Part shown: positions 34,854-48,614 of the stretch, piece after piece | How the letters are laid out: every line of letters starts with the position of its first letter | Numbering within the stretch: the stretch's first letter is position 1 | NCBI GenBank assembly: GCA_030704615.1 | Contig: CM060733.1 | Location: 68,262,001 to 68,326,000, forward strand | Length of the DNA stretch: 64,000 nucleotides | Direction: 5' to 3' | Source of the DNA: Takakia lepidozioides | Lineage: Eukaryota > Plantae > Bryophyta | Translations under genes and position numbers: made by a program | Notes under the pieces: generated by a model | Told to the model about the DNA's origin: nothing | Database searches by the model: none | What the model saw: the letters and a program-made list of their open reading frames with translations, nothing else

Positions 34854-37004
34854 TACAACATTGCCAAAGCTAAGAAACGGTATGAACGGCAGGCGAATCG
34901 GAAGCGGAGGGAAGTTAAGTTTGAGGCAAGCACGGAGGTCTGGTTGAACATCAAGAATTTTTTACTACCTCCAGAAGTGAGTCCAAAGTTCGTACCTCCG
35001 TATGCGGGGCCCTTTCGTATCCGGAAGATTATGAATGAGGATGTGTATGAATTGGAGCTGCCGGCAAACAACAAGGTGCATCCGGTATTCCACATTTCCA
35101 TTTTGAAGCCTTACTTCAAAGATGAAGCGCGTCCGAATCGGCATCAAGTGTTGCGTCCGCCACCTGTGGTGTTGGATCATGAAAATGAACCTGAGTACGA
35201 GGTGGAGGTAGTTTTTAAGTCGAGGACGTTCAAGAATCAAGAAACGGAGTATCTCGTGAAATGGAAGGGCTATCATCAAGTGGAGGCAACTTGGGTGTGT
35301 GTCTCAGAAATGTGAAACGCATCCGAGGCGGTTGCAGCTTTCGAAGGGCAACCTCAGAAGCGGAAGAAGCGTTGATGGGGACATCAACCTTGGATCGTGG
35401 GGGAGGAAATGCATGCTTAGTCCGGCTTAGCTAGCTCAGGAATCCGATTGCAAAAACTTGTGTTGTACAAATTTTGTTTATAAATGAAATGGTTTCCAAA
35501 TGTTGTGCTTCCTATTTTGTTTGGAATGGTGATGCATGGTATGGTTGGCTAGTGTGTAAAATGCATGCTAGCTTACAAAAGTGGGAGAGGTAAATTGGAT
35601 TAATTGTGTGTTTGCGCAATGCCGAAATCGGGTGACTCCCATCCAAGGGGCAAGGAAACTTGCGTTTTTTTTTTGAGTTCATGTGCTAGTGCGCACCTGG
35701 CGCGTGCGCGTACTATAACTACGCTACCGAGGGGGTTGTCTTGTAGTGCGGGCTAACGTGGAAGCTACGTGCTTCCATTCACGTACTATAATCGTGTAAC
35801 CTCGGGACGAAGTCGTAGTGCGGCTTTGGCGTGTTCCCGTACCTCAGGCCAGCATTCCAAGGCGGACCCAATTGTAGTGATTGGGGCGCACGGTTGGTTC
35901 AAGGTTATCTTCTTAGTCAAAAAGGGTTCAAGGTGAACCCTTGCTCAAGGTGATGCCAAAAAGCGGCATCATGAGCGATCGCAAACAATGTTGTTGCAGT
36001 AAGGCGATTCGATCCTCGGGGAGGATCGTTCTTTGGCCTTGAAGTGGGCCAAGAAGAGTGCACTGGGTGGAGCTGGAGAGGCTCCACCCTTGGCCGGGAC
36101 TTGGAGGAAGTCGGCCGAACTAGCTAGTGGAGAGTAGACTCAAGTGGGGGTTTGGTTCTTTGCCATGGGACGCCACGGTATGGAAACAAACTCCTTGATG
36201 TGGGACGCCACAACTTGGATGTTAGTTTCTACAAAATGGACAAGTCGATGAGGACATCATCTCCTTGTTGGTAGGGGTGTGTGTCGCGGCCCTTTGCCTT
36301 GAGGGCAGGGGATCGGGACACAAGAGGGGCTGCCTCTGTGGTGGGGGCAGTGGCAACAATAGGTAGGGGGGCTGAAGCACCCTTGAGTGCCCAAGGCACT
36401 CAAGGAGGCGAAGGCGCTCACTAGGTGGAGCCCCGCACACCAGGTTGCGGTGGGGGTGGTTCCACGAGGGGTGGTGGTCGCTTAGTGGGTCTTAGTGGGG
36501 GTGGCATAGGACTCACCATGGGGCGGAGACCTTGTGGTGGGAGTCGTGGGGAGTCTTGGGACTCATCATGGTCCATTGGGGCCGTGGTGGGTGGGCCAAG
36601 ACTCACCGCGACTCATCACCGGGAGTCAAGGGTCTTCGTGGTGGTTCGCCATAAAAGAATGGTGTTGTTTGTGAAACCCCCGCGGACAGTCACAGAAGTA
36701 TATATAGGGAGTAGTAACCCCGAGAACGGTGCAAGCCCGTTGGTGACCAAAAACTAGTGAGTAAGCGTGCGAGCCGGAAAGCAACCAAGGTGTGGGGAGT
36801 TGTTCCGGACTACCAACAACCAAAGGGAATTTCCACTAGGCCCAAAGTGAGCGAGGGTCTTGTGGAGGAGAAAAAGGGGACTGTTATGTCCCGGTGAGCA
36901 GCCGAAGCTCCGAGTTGGCCCGGCGGCCAATTTGGGAATTAGGCGCTCATCAAAGCGAGTAACTATGACGTGAAGGGGAGCTTACCGAAGTGAGGTGCGC
37001 GACA
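34854..37004 (+). mobile_element. Ty3/Gypsy chromovirus 3' half (element A): integrase C-terminus, chromodomain, 3'UTR, PPT, 3' LTR
   Basis: GPF..YELELP..HPVFHIS.LKPY, chromodomain EYEVE..YLVKWKGY..ATW, and a G-rich PPT before TGTCG. Confidence 0.92.
36282..37004 (+). repeat. LTR (723 bp, subfamily A), 3' LTR
   Basis: TGTCGC...GCGACA, followed by ATAGT. Confidence 0.95.
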
Positions 37005-37259
37005 ATAGTGGACTAATTTTGTTTGTCTAACTGTTTGTGGGTGAAACACAGGTAGCTGCTGTGAGAGCAGAGTCTGCTTATAGTTCTTAAGTCCATGTAT
37101 GCTATGGAGTTCCAGGCATGGGTCCACAACATGTTGATACAGTTCATTCCCATGTCACAGACGGTGATTTCCTTCTCAAAATGTAGCAAGAAGCATGTCC
37201 TCTGAAAGAGATTTTTTTTTTTTTATGTGCGGAGGTTTGTATGGAAGTTCTGAATCATG

Positions 37260-37700
37260 CCAAATGGTAGGCTTGAATCATAGTTAGTTGGACTTCAGAC
37301 TGGTGGAAGGGGGTATCATCTTTAACATTCAACATGCATGCCAAATGTGGGAGCATAACATATGCTCATCAATGGACCTGCAGTATGCCTAAACAGATGT
37401 GGTCTCAGAGGCAAATGATCACTGATATACTCGCTGTGGGTGTATGCAGAAGTATGTTGAGGCCAAATACCGAAAGGGTGATTCTGAACAGGTTTTTGTC
37501 ATATGTCTTTTGAATGCAGCTTATGCCAGCCTAGGAAAGATGTGAAGACCTCATGCAAGCTAGGGTTGTATTATGTATAATCTGGAGAATAGCAAGTTAG
37601 GTGCAGGAGAACCTGCATATGCGACATTTTTTTTTTAAAGTTCCAAGCATGGTCGTTACGGACTCATGAGTTTGTGCAAAGTATGGGACGGTTTTGAGGT
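37260..37700 (+). pseudogene. heavily degraded PPR sequence
   Basis: CATGCCAAATGTGGGAGCATA (AKCGSI-like) and other PPR-like remnants. Confidence 0.5.
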
Positions 37701-40296
37701 ATTGTTTTAATACAATGTCACGTGCTCTTCATCATGTTTATTTCTTTTCATGCTTTGATGGGATGCCCTGTATGTTCTCCAGTCTCAATCACATCCGCAA
37801 TGGGATGATCAGTGGCTGTTGGGGATTGTGTTGTGTTGTTATTCGGAGACAGTAGAAATAGTATTGCACATGTATGAACCACAGCCGCAGCCCCCAAGTC
37901 ACTGCAACCACTACGAGTGCCTGGTTCCCAACCCACAGTCGATGTATATCACTAGTGAAGTAGTGCATTTCAAACCTCTAGTTGCATCTATCACTTCAAC
38001 ACTCTAGTTGTCGACTCCACTTGCAAGTCATAAAGGCAACCAGCAGACAACTTATTTGCACCACGTGGTGTGGCCTCAGACCTGCACGTGGCTACATCCA
38101 TGACAGAGAACACGTGGAGTTCCGACACATGGCCACGCGGCTGTATGTCCGGCGTCAACACCGTAGGGAAGTCGCACCCCCCGGGTCAAAAGTCCACTGA
38201 GTAGCGCTGTTATTGCAACAATGAAAGTGGCTGAAACTGTCTTGTCACTTTCTCCTTCCCGAATTAATTGCTTAATTCCGCAAGAGTTGTTTTACCACTG
38301 AGTTCACTCTTTCCGTTTGGCCGTCCATTGTAGGTCGGAAGGCCGTGCTCATCTTGAGTTCGTCCCCATCTTCTTCCAAAGTGCCCTCCAAAACTTACTT
38401 GTAAACTTTGGATCGCGGTCTGAAACAATGTCCTTTGGGAGTCCATGATGCTTGAAAATGTGGGCAAAGTAAAGTTGCCCCGTCTCCTGCGCCGTTGCCG
38501 TTTCCTTGGTGGGGATGAAATGACCCATTTTACTGAACCTATCCACCACCACCACCATCGCATCAAATCCTTTTGACAACGGCAAAGCCGTCATGAAATC
38601 CATTGAGACACTCTCCCAAGACCCCTCTGGAATCGGTAAGGGTTGTAACAGCCCCGCTTGTTTTATGTCCTCGCTCCGGTTTTGTTGGCATGTGGTGCAT
38701 GTCTTGACATACTCCTCGGCCTCCTCCCTCGGTTTGGGCCAGAAATACTCTTTCTTCAAAAGTGCCGCAGTGCGCATGGCTCCGCCGTGGCCCGCAAGCG
38801 GGCCATCGTGGTTGTAACAGCCCGCTTGTTTTATGTCCTCGCTCCGGTTTTGTTGCCATGTGGTGGCATGTCTTGACATACTCCTCGGCCTCCTCCCTCG
38901 GTTTGGGCAGAAATTACTCTTTCTTCAAAAGTGCCGCAGGGGAGGCATGGACTCCGCCGTGGCCCGCAAGCGGCCATCGTGGCATTCTCTCAAGAGACCA
39001 TCTCTGGATCCCTCACTTTGGCACGTAGAGACGCTTTTGCTTGTTCCGGAGCAGTCCATTGTGCAGTGGAACTGCGATTAAACCCCCAACCTCCAAGTCC
39101 CCCGCAGTCACAGACTTCGCCATATCATCCTTCCCGGTAAGCCTTCCGGATCTGCCTTTGGAGCGCCGTCTCGCCCCTGTCACCAACATGAGCCTGCGGC
39201 TTCTACTTAGAGCATTGGCCACCACATTGCTTGTCCCGGTTTGTACTGGATATCCACGTCGAACACTGCCAAAATTTCTTGCCACCTAATTTGTTTTGGG
39301 GACAACTTAGGATGTGTGGCAAAATACTTCACCGGGACATTGTCCGTGAACACCCTTCACCGGGTTAGAACCAACATAGTGGCGCCAAGCTCAAGGCAAA
39401 TGCACCAACGCCTTCATTTTCTTTCTCATGCGTAGGCCACCGTCGCTCCACTTCATTCAATTTCTTACTTTGTAAGGCCAGGACGTCCATCCCGCAGAGC
39501 ACACCCCTGATTGTGAAGTCGCCACGCATCTGTATGAATCTCAAATGGACGGTCGAATTCCGAGATTTTCAAGACTGGAGCTTCCGCCATCCGCTACTTC
39601 AACTCGGCAAAGCGTGGCAAAAAGGTGTTCCATACCCATACCTTGGACTTACACAGAAGATCTGACAGCGGCACCACGATCTTGGCAAAATTTCTCATAT
39701 ACTTTTGGTAGTAGGAGGCGAGTCCTAGAAAGGATCGCACTCCCGAGACCGAAGTCGGAGGTTCCTAGTCCAAGATCGCCCTCACCTTTGTCATCCCTTT
39801 GATCCACTTGTGTAATCACATGCCCTAGGAACTACCACCTTCGGGACCCCGAATTCGCACTTTGAAGCTTGGATAAAGCTTCCCTTCCCGCAATTTCTGG
39901 AACACCCCTTTTGAGTGCTCCAGGTGGTCTTCATTGTTTTTTTAGACACCAAGATGTCGTCGATGTACACGATCACAAAGTCATCTAAACACTGTTGGGA
40001 AAGGTGTTCATTAGCATGTTAAAGGTCGCGGGGTGCGTTGGTGAGCCCAAAAGGCATCACCAAGAACGCATATGAACCATATCTTGTCCTACACGTGGTC
40101 TTCTCTTCATCTCCTTCTGCCACGCACCCTGTAATCGACACACATCCGCAGCATTCCATTCCTCCGAAAATTATCCCGCTCGATGGAACATTAACTTACT
40201 CCCTTTACAACAAGGCTCCAGTATCCTGATACAAGTCACAAGAGTGGTTGCCTATTTGCCGAGTATCTTGGTGAACACCGCCTCCACCACCGGCTC

Positions 40297-42678
40297 TTCG
40301 TAGTTAAGCATGATCAAAACCTGAGGGATCAGGTTGTGATAAGGGCGGTTGAACCACTGCTGTCGCCATTGTCTTGATGAGCACATTAATGAGGAGATGG
40401 AGAGGCTCCGCAGGGGTGTTGGGGGATGAGGAATGAGGCTGGTGTGTATAGCGCCTCAGTTTGTCTGTGATCAAAATATTGTAGCTGCTGTCTATTTTTG
40501 AGCTTTAGGACCAGATCAACTTTGTAGGGAAGAGTGTAAGCATCTTTTTCGCAGCTGCTGCAGTGGTGTTCGCAGTACAGCATATCTTAGGAAGTTCCCA
40601 CCTACGCAAAGGGAATCGCTTGCCTTAAAGAGCGACGTTAAGGGAATTTGGCTTGGCATTCTGGCAAAGAGAAGCGGTGCCGCCTTCTGGGTGATGGACG
40701 CTTAAGCTATCTATAATTAAGTTTTGTATCGCTCTCTGTCTTAAGGGCTGTAGGACCAGATCACTTCATAGGGAGAAATGCACATGTAGAAGGATAGGGT
40801 AGGTAGAGTTGGCAGGCACAAGGATGTGCCAGCAGCTGAAGCAGAGCCGTCATGCCCTTAATGAGGACTGGAATCACGATAAGAAGAAACGTCGAAAATG
40901 CTGACGAGGGAGAGACAAGGTGCCTTCTTGACAGGCAGACCACCGCTTCAAGAGTATAAGAAGATAAGTTCGAAGAGTGGCCCCCCTTTTTTGGTGACTT
41001 AGAAATCGCTTTGTGAAAGTTTGGACTGTCTCTTGATGTAGTAAGAGACACTGACATGTGAGAAGAAAAAGAGCTTTGGAAATGGAATGAAGACATTGGA
41101 CTTCAAATGGGATGGACTGGAGATGGATGCACCTGTTGTTCATTGTACAGTAGGAAAAATGAATGGAACAGGGTTGACTCGTTGCGGGACAGAATGGTTG
41201 TGCTGTTGTTGTATTCTTGTTCTTTGTTTCAGCGTATGAGCTTGTACAAACATCTAGCCTGGGATGTTGAACATTGCAGTCAATGGGGAACTAGCTTAGT
41301 AGGTAGAGGAAACCAGTGGGGTAGATAGAACTGTTTGGAACAACAAGAAGGGATGATGTGGATGGGGCAGAAAAACCAACATCTGTTTGGGTTTGGATCT
41401 GATTCTCAGAGTGCTCTCAGCATGTGAACCACTGAGGTTCACAGTTGATGGAAAAGGAGAGCTGTCATGGTTGTGTAAATTGAGACCTGTAGAAGGGTGA
41501 GAGCGTCTTGGGCAAATGGCTACACCTGGAAAAGTGGAGTGTGAAAGCATCTGTCATTGGAAGAGAGGGACTGCTAAAAGGGATGATTATATCTTGGTGA
41601 CCAAAAGGTGATTCCAATGCTGGGGCACTGGATGCTTGGCTGAATGCGCATTGCATTGCAATCATAGACATGCTTTAAGGGAAAGAGTGAGGAACTACTT
41701 AACCCTGAAAGAAAGAGAGAGGGAGAGAGAAAGGACATAAGGGAGAAGAGTGACTAGCAAGAGGGGAGGGGAGGTGAGGAATGGATGATTGGGGAGGTAA
41801 GATTAAAGAAAGCATGAACCCATGAAGGCCCAAACTGGTGCCTGCAACTCATGGCAGATCTGAGTTGCCTGCCTTCTAAATCGTGATCTTATTACAAAGG
41901 GGCTTCCACGTGTTGCTGACCAAGGGAGCTGGCCCACAAGGGCAGTGGTCATCACTGACGTTTAGGGTGGTTGCATCACTGAAGACAGCTGGTAACATGG
42001 CTGGTGCAGTGTACCAGGGAGAGGATGTCGTTGTGTAGAAGAGAACCACGGGTGAAAACAATACAGACTCCCCATCCATGTCTTTCTCTCCGCTGCGGGT
42101 GGATGAGGATTGTGTGAACTCGGATCATGAAGGTACTGGCAAGTTTGGAAGCAAACAAAAATGATTTGGATGGGACCATCCGTTCACCGTTGAATGTATT
42201 CCGTTGGATCTGCTATTTACTTTGGGATGTTGGACTGTGTTCGCGTGTTTCATGTTATTTTTTTCATTTGTTTTGAATGGGGCATTAATGACTCCATATG
42301 CAACGTGCGTGCCAATTTGGAGCGATCAAAATTCATTTGGACCCAAAACCACAGTTTCTTCCCTATTTTGCACTCCAGACTTGTTTTGCGTTCTACTTCA
42401 TGCACTCTTCATAAAGAGTTATGCAATAGTGAGCGAAGAGAACACTTTTTTTTGGGGGCATTTTTTATTGGTCCAAATTTTGGCTGGGGGGAGTAGCAGT
42501 GGGATGCTTGAAGCCGCAGAACAAAATTGAACCAAAAACAACAATCGATGCGTGCCAGAAACCACCCACGAAAGGCAGTGCAAACCTATTTATTGGCTTA
42601 AAAATAATTAAATTCAATAAGTTCTGGAATGATGGAGGGGAGGGGTGAGCGCGTCGATGGGGAGGCAAATGATTTATT
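40297..42678. other. ~2.4-kb unidentified insertion inside element B gag/protease
   Basis: Homology to element A stops at ISR (~42678) and resumes at VEAV (~40296). Confidence 0.7.
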
Positions 42679-43832
42679 CGGCGACTGATGGAGTCTTCGG
42701 ACAGCTCTGTGGTCGCCCGAGTCATGTTCAATTGTCGGGGTTTTGCGCACTTCTTGGCCATGTGCCCGGGCTCCCCGCAATTAAAGCACACCCAATCAAA
42801 GGTCACCTTCTGTCCGCCATAAGCCGCCGCACCTAATTTTCTTTTCGGAGCACCGGGTGCCGCATGACTTGCGAAGGCCCTCCGTTTGATTCCATGTGCC
42901 ATTGTTGCCGCATGGCCTATCCCACTTCTTTTCCGGTACCCTCCCGCCAGACCTTCTTATGGTTCAGCTCCGTACGGCTCTGTTTTTCACCCCTAGGGAC
43001 ATCCGAGAAGCATTCAGTCCTTTCAATTGCTTCGTTCAAAGTCTTTGGGGGCCTCTCCTCCAACTTCTGCCTGGCCCATGGGGCCAGTCCCGCCACAAAA
43101 GTTGAAGACCATTTTTGGTTCCACCATATCCGCGACTTCGAGCAACAGCACAAGCCTGAACATCTCCCCGAATGTCATCCATTTGCTTCAAGTTCCTCAT
43201 CTTGTCCAGGGCGAGCCAGGACGTGTTGAGAGACACAAACTGTCTTTTCATAAGTTCCTTGAACCCACTCCAGCTCAAGGTTTCTGGGTTTGGCCCTTGG
43301 TCATGAAGGCGCTTCTACCACCATTGTTGAGCATAGCCCTTCAAATTGGTGGGAGCCACTTCCACCCGATCCTCGTCACTCAATTTGGCCGCCCGGAAGT
43401 ACTGCCCCAGCTCCAAGAGCCAGGTGTTGAGTGCCTTCCGATTTCGGATGCCCTCAAAGGTGTCGGGTTCCTTAGGCTTCACCTTAAACTTCGCCTTAGT
43501 GGAAGTGGCATTAGCCGCCCTCATCACGTCTTTCAACGTCCCGCCAAACTGCGCCAACAACCCTTCCCAAAAGATTGCTGGCATGGGAGGCATCTGTTGG
43601 TCTGGCAGAGCCTCTGGGAAGTTCTCGGGCTCCAACTCTCCAGATGCCTCCCATTCTCGAGCGGCCTCGCTTTCAGAAGCATAAATCACCTCTTCCATTT
43701 GTCGCTTCGGTGACACGTCGCCCCACCCAGGCTCACCAGGATCATCGTCTTTCGGGCCGTTCCGCTTTCGCTTTGTCTTGCCCGACCCCATGGTGAGGCC
43801 GACCTCAAGGACGATCGCATACTGAACTCTAA

Positions 43833-43844
43833 GCTCTGATACCA
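43833..43844 (-). other. primer binding site (tRNA-iMet)
   Basis: TGGTATCAGAGC, 2 nt from the LTR end. Confidence 0.95.
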
Positions 43845-43846
43845 AG

Positions 43847-44558
43847 TGTTGTGCACCTCACTTCGGTAAGCTCCCTTTCAAGTCATAGTTACTCGCTTTG
43901 GTGCGCGCGCCTAACTCCCAAACTGGCCGCCCGGGCCAACTCGGGGCTTCGGCTGCTCACCGGGGCATAACGGTCCCCCTCACACTCCCACTCGACCCTC
44001 GACCTGTTGGGCTCGGTGGAAATTCCCTTTGGTAGATGGCAGTCCGGAACAGCTCCCCACACCTTGGTCGCTTTCCGGCTCGCACGCTTACTCACTAGTT
44101 TTTGGTCACCAACGGGTTTGCACCATTCTCGGGGTTACTACTCCCTATATATACTTCTGTAGGTGTCCTTGGGGGTTCCACAAGTAGCCAAGTCCAAATC
44201 TGGTGCACCACCACTTAGACCCTCGATCGTCCGTGTGGTGAGCCGCGGTGAGTCTTGGCCCACCCACCACTGCCCCAATGGACCGTGGTGAGTCCCAAGA
44301 CTCCCCACGACTCCCATCACAAGGCCTCAGCCTCATGGTGAGTCCTATGCCACCCCCACTACGACTCCCTACGCTACCACCACCCCTCGTGGAGCCCCCA
44401 CCACCGCCACCCGGTTTGCGGGGCTCCACCTAGTGAGCGCCAACGCCTCCTTGAGTGCCTTCGGCGCTCAAGAGTGCTTTAGCCCCTTTGCCTATTTGCT
44501 GCCACTGCCACCCCTCTTGTGTCCCGACCCCCCGCCCTCAAGGCAAAGGGCCGCGACA
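43847..44558 (-). repeat. LTR (subfamily B), 5' LTR
   Basis: TG...CA ends, an adjacent PBS, and homology to the other LTRs with a distinct central block. Confidence 0.95.
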
Positions 44559-44569
44559 GATGAGCAGAC

Positions 44570-46284
44570 TCGTAATTGTCGAAAAAATCATGAGCAGAAT
44601 TTTTTTTCAGAAATGATTATCCACGGGAATAGGGTTTAGGGTGTCACGGTCATAGGGGGACAAGGACCTCCCAATGAAGGAGGTTGGGCAATGTTTTTTC
44701 AAATTAAATATTGAAACTCCAAAGTTTAAATTCATTGTCATGCTTCCGGATACGACGGATGTCGACATCTCAGCCGACATCTATACATGCACATCCTACA
44801 CACTGAAACTCAAATAGTGACTGTATTGCAGAGAACAAAAACGTGCCGAAGCTAAATGAATTATGTGACTAGGTATTCACGGTAACCATCCTGTCCTCAC
44901 GACCTTCCTCCAGCAACCTCGTGAAAACATAGTGCACTTGGTGGCGGTTCTAATCGAAGTGCACCACCACCTCGTCTTCCTCCAACTCTTCAACCCCATT
45001 GTAGAAATGGATCGAAACGGAGTACTCGGCAAGTCCGTTCAAGTCCTCACCCCTGATCCAAACATTCCCAAATGATGTTGGGTCCGCACAGTACTCCCGG
45101 TTGGACTGCATGGAGATGATATCAACAAACACCCACTGACAACACCTCCGCTCGTGTAACGTTGCAACACGCCATCTATCCGGGTCCTCGGAAAGCAGGA
45201 AGTCCGTGTCCCCAATCCGCACATTCCCTGGGGAGTCACCAAATACCACTACGCAGCTGGTCTCCCCACCTGTCTAGCAGATCCCGAGTCCACTCGTGGA
45301 CATGTATGGACACTTGGTGTTCAGGCGGCTCAACGCTGAAAAGTGGACCTGGACATAGCAAGACGACAATGTTGCCAACCCGGGTAGAGTAACCTCCGTC
45401 CTGTTGAAGCCCAGGGCAACCTTCTCGACCACACGCCATAGAAACGATGGAAGGAATGAGCAAATAAGCGGCAGAAGGGGAAATGGGGATTGTGAAGAAA
45501 AGCCGCACACTAGGAACGAACTATATACAGTCCGGGGGGAGGATGATAGGCAATAGCGACCCCCCCGGATGGAAATGCGGCGCCATATTTCCATCTGGTG
45601 GGAGTTGGATGAAACCTTCTTGGGGGGAGAGAAGCATAGCTGTCGCCCAACTTGAGGACCCCCGGATGGAAATGCGGCGCCGAATTCCATCCAGGGTGAG
45701 TTGGATGAAATGGTGTCGGGGAACAGTCGGCTACCTGGCACCGAAGTCCATCCCCCCGGATGGAAATTCGGCGCCGCATTTACATCCAAGGGGAGTTGGA
45801 TGAAGTCATTTCGAGGGGCGATAGGCCCACCTGGCAAACCAGGTGAGACTTACGGTGCATAGTTTGCATGGCACGGATGGAAACTGAAACGACTACATTC
45901 ATGGAGCCGCCAATCTTCATTCGTGCAAGTTCCTGTGAGGGGGAATTTAAATCTGCCCAAGAGTATAAGTCACAAAGGGCAGCATTTGCAAACTCATTGT
46001 CATCTCCTTGCACAGCTTCCTGCCTCCGCGTTGCTGCCTCCTGCATCCAGAAGTTGTTGTCATTCAGCGTCCTCCGCTACTCTTTTGCAAGGATGTCGTG
46101 CCACCACAATCCTACTGACTGCCCTTATCATGGCCACGATCATGCGATGTTCGAACCAAAATCAGGAGGCATCATTGTCTGGCTCACTGTTTTCACTGAC
46201 GCTTCTGGAGTCAAGCGGGAGTCATTGCGCGCAATGGAGTATTTGGAGGACTTACCGCTTTGAGCGGGGTGAGGGTGAGGGTCA
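44570..46284 (-). mobile_element. unidentified degraded element with ORF remnants and GGATGGAAATGCGGCGCCG..TTCCATCC palindromes (45570-45785)
   Basis: Three palindromic ~90-100 bp units. Same-frame ORF pieces at 46284-45780 are broken by stops. Confidence 0.45.
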
Positions 46285-48614
46285 ATAGCGTGACTATTCT
46301 CTTGCGGCCATCTATGACCGCTCCGGATTTGCTCAAAAACGTCATCCCAAAAATGAGATCCACTCCATCGATTTCGCAAATGGTGAAGTTCTCACGTCCC
46401 TCCCAACTCCCGAGCTGAAGAGGGATATCGAACGTCAACCTCGTCGCCAGTTGTGGTTCTCCTTTGGCAGAACGCACTTCAATAGAGGCCCCGACATCAC
46501 TTGTCGGGAGCCCCGGCTTCCGTGCCATTGTCGGTGTCATGAAGGAGTGCGACGCTCCTGTGTCCACCAACAACGACACGTTAGTTCCGGAAATTATCCC
46601 ACTCATGAACATTAACTGACTCCCTTTACGCAAGGCTCCAGTCTCTTGATATAAGTCACAAGAGTAGTTGCCTACCTTGCAAGTCTTGGCAACTACCGCC
46701 TCTACCAAGCGGCTGATGGAATCTTCGGACAGCTCCATGGTCGCCCGAGTCATGTTCAATTGTCGGGGTTTCGCGCACTTCTTGGCCATGTGCTCGGGCT
46801 CCCTGCAATTAAAGCACACTCCATCGAAGATCGTCTTCTGTCCGCCAGAAGCCGCCGCACCTGATTTTTCTTTCGGAGCACCGAGTGCCGCTTTGACGTG
46901 TGAAGGCCCTCCCTTTGATTTCCATGTGCCATTGTCGTCGCGTGGCCTATCCCACTTCTTTTCCGATCGGGAGGAGTCACCCTCCCGCCGGGCCTTCTTG
47001 TGGTTCAGCTCCGTACGGCCTTGTCTTTCGTCCCTAGGGACATCCGAGAAACATTCAGCCTTTTCAATTGCCTCGTTCAAAGTCTTAGGTGGCTTCTCCT
47101 CCAACTTCCGCCTGGCCCATGGGGTCAGTCCCGCCACAAAAGTTGAAGACCATTTCTGGTTTTGCCATATCCGTGACTTTGAGCAACAACACATTGAAAG
47201 CCTGAATATATCCCCGAATGTCATCCGTTTGCTTCAAATTCCTCATCTTGTCCCGGGCGAGCCAGGACGCGTTGAGGGGCACAAACTGTCTTTTCATAAG
47301 TTCCTTGAACCCACTCCAGCTCAAGGTTTATGGGTTTGGACCTTGGTCATGAAGGCATTTCTGCCACCATTGTTGAGCATAGCCCCTCAAATAGGTGGGA
47401 GCCACTTCCACTCGATCCTCGTCACTCAACTTGGCCACCCGAAAGTACTGCTCCAGCTCCAAGAGCCAAATGTTGAGTACCTTCCGATTTTGGATGCCCT
47501 CAAAGGTGTCGGGTTCCTTAGGCTTCACCTTAAACTTTGCTTTAGTGGAAGTGGCATTAGCCGCCCTCATCACGTCTTTCAACGTCCCGCCAAACTGCGC
47601 CAACAACCCTTCCCAAAAGGCTGCTGGCATGGGAGGCATCTGTTGGTCTGGCGGAGCCTCTAGGAAGTCCTTAGGCTCTGACTCCCCAAATTCCTCCCGT
47701 TCATGAGCAGCCTTGCTTTCAGAAGCATAAATCGCCTCTTCCAATTTCTGCTTCGGTGACACGTCGCCCCCACCGGGCTCACTAGGATCATTATCTTTTG
47801 AGCCGTTCCGCTTTTGTTTTGTCTTGCCCGACCCCATGATGAGGCCGATCTCAAGGACGATCGCGTACTAACTCTAGGCTCTGATACCAAGTGTCGCGCA
47901 CCTCACTTCGGTAAGCTCCACTTCACGTCATAGTTACTCGATTTGATGAGCGCCTAATTCCCAAACTGGCCACCGGGCCAACTCAGGGCTTCGGCTGCTC
48001 ACTGGGACATAACGGTCCCCTTTTGCTCCTCCACAAGACCCTCGCTCACTTTGGGCCTAGTGGAAATTCCCTTTGGTTGTTGGCAGTCCGGAACAGCTCC
48101 CCACACCTTGGTCGTTTTCCGGCTCGCACGCTTACTCACTAGTTTTTGGTCACCAACGGGCTTGCACCGTTCTCGGGGTTACTACTCCCTATATATACTT
48201 CTGTGACTGTCCGCGGGGGTTTCACAAACAACACCGTCCTTTTATGGCGAACCACCACGAAGACCCTTGACTTCCGGTGATGAGTCGCGGTGAGTCTTGG
48301 CCCACCCACCACGGCCCCAATGGACCGTGATGAGTCCCAAGACTCCCCACGACTCCCACCACAAGGTCTCTACCCCATGGTGAGTCCTATGCCATCCCCA
48401 CTAAGACCCACTAAGCTACCACCACCCCTCGTGGAACCACCCCCACCGCAACCCGGTGTGCGGGGCTCCACCTAGTGAGCGCCTTCGCCTCCTTGAGTGC
48501 CTTGGGCACTCAAGGGTGCTTCAGCCCCCATACCTATTGTTGCCACTACCCCCACCACAGGGGCAGCCCCTCTTGTGTCCCAACTCCCTGCCCTCAAGGC
48601 AAAGGGCCGCGACA
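46285..48614 (-). mobile_element. Ty3/Gypsy 5' half (element A): 5' LTR, PBS 47878-47889, gag, protease
   Basis: CCHC knuckle CFNCREPEHMAKKC, protease LVDTGASHSF..DLIFGMTFL, and PBS TGGTATCAGAGC. Confidence 0.93.
47892..48614 (-). repeat. LTR (723 bp, subfamily A), 5' LTR
   Basis: Same length and central block as 36282-37004. The outer flank ACTAT reads ATAGT on the minus strand. Confidence 0.95.

Larger units (their letters stand above)
38240..44558 (-). mobile_element. Ty3/Gypsy element B: 5' LTR, PBS, gag, degraded PR/RT/RNaseH/integrase; 3'-truncated and interrupted by an insertion
   Basis: Gag KPKEPDTFEG and CFNCGEPGHMAKKC; RT VIVYIDDILV; integrase LQPLPIP..WESVSMDF..VVVDRFSK..IVSDRDPKFTS. 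Confidence 0.9.

Noticed and set aside
46668-47663. Long plus-strand ORFs (331 aa here; 228 aa at 43027-43713)
   Set aside because: Antisense shadows of gag with no recognisable motifs.
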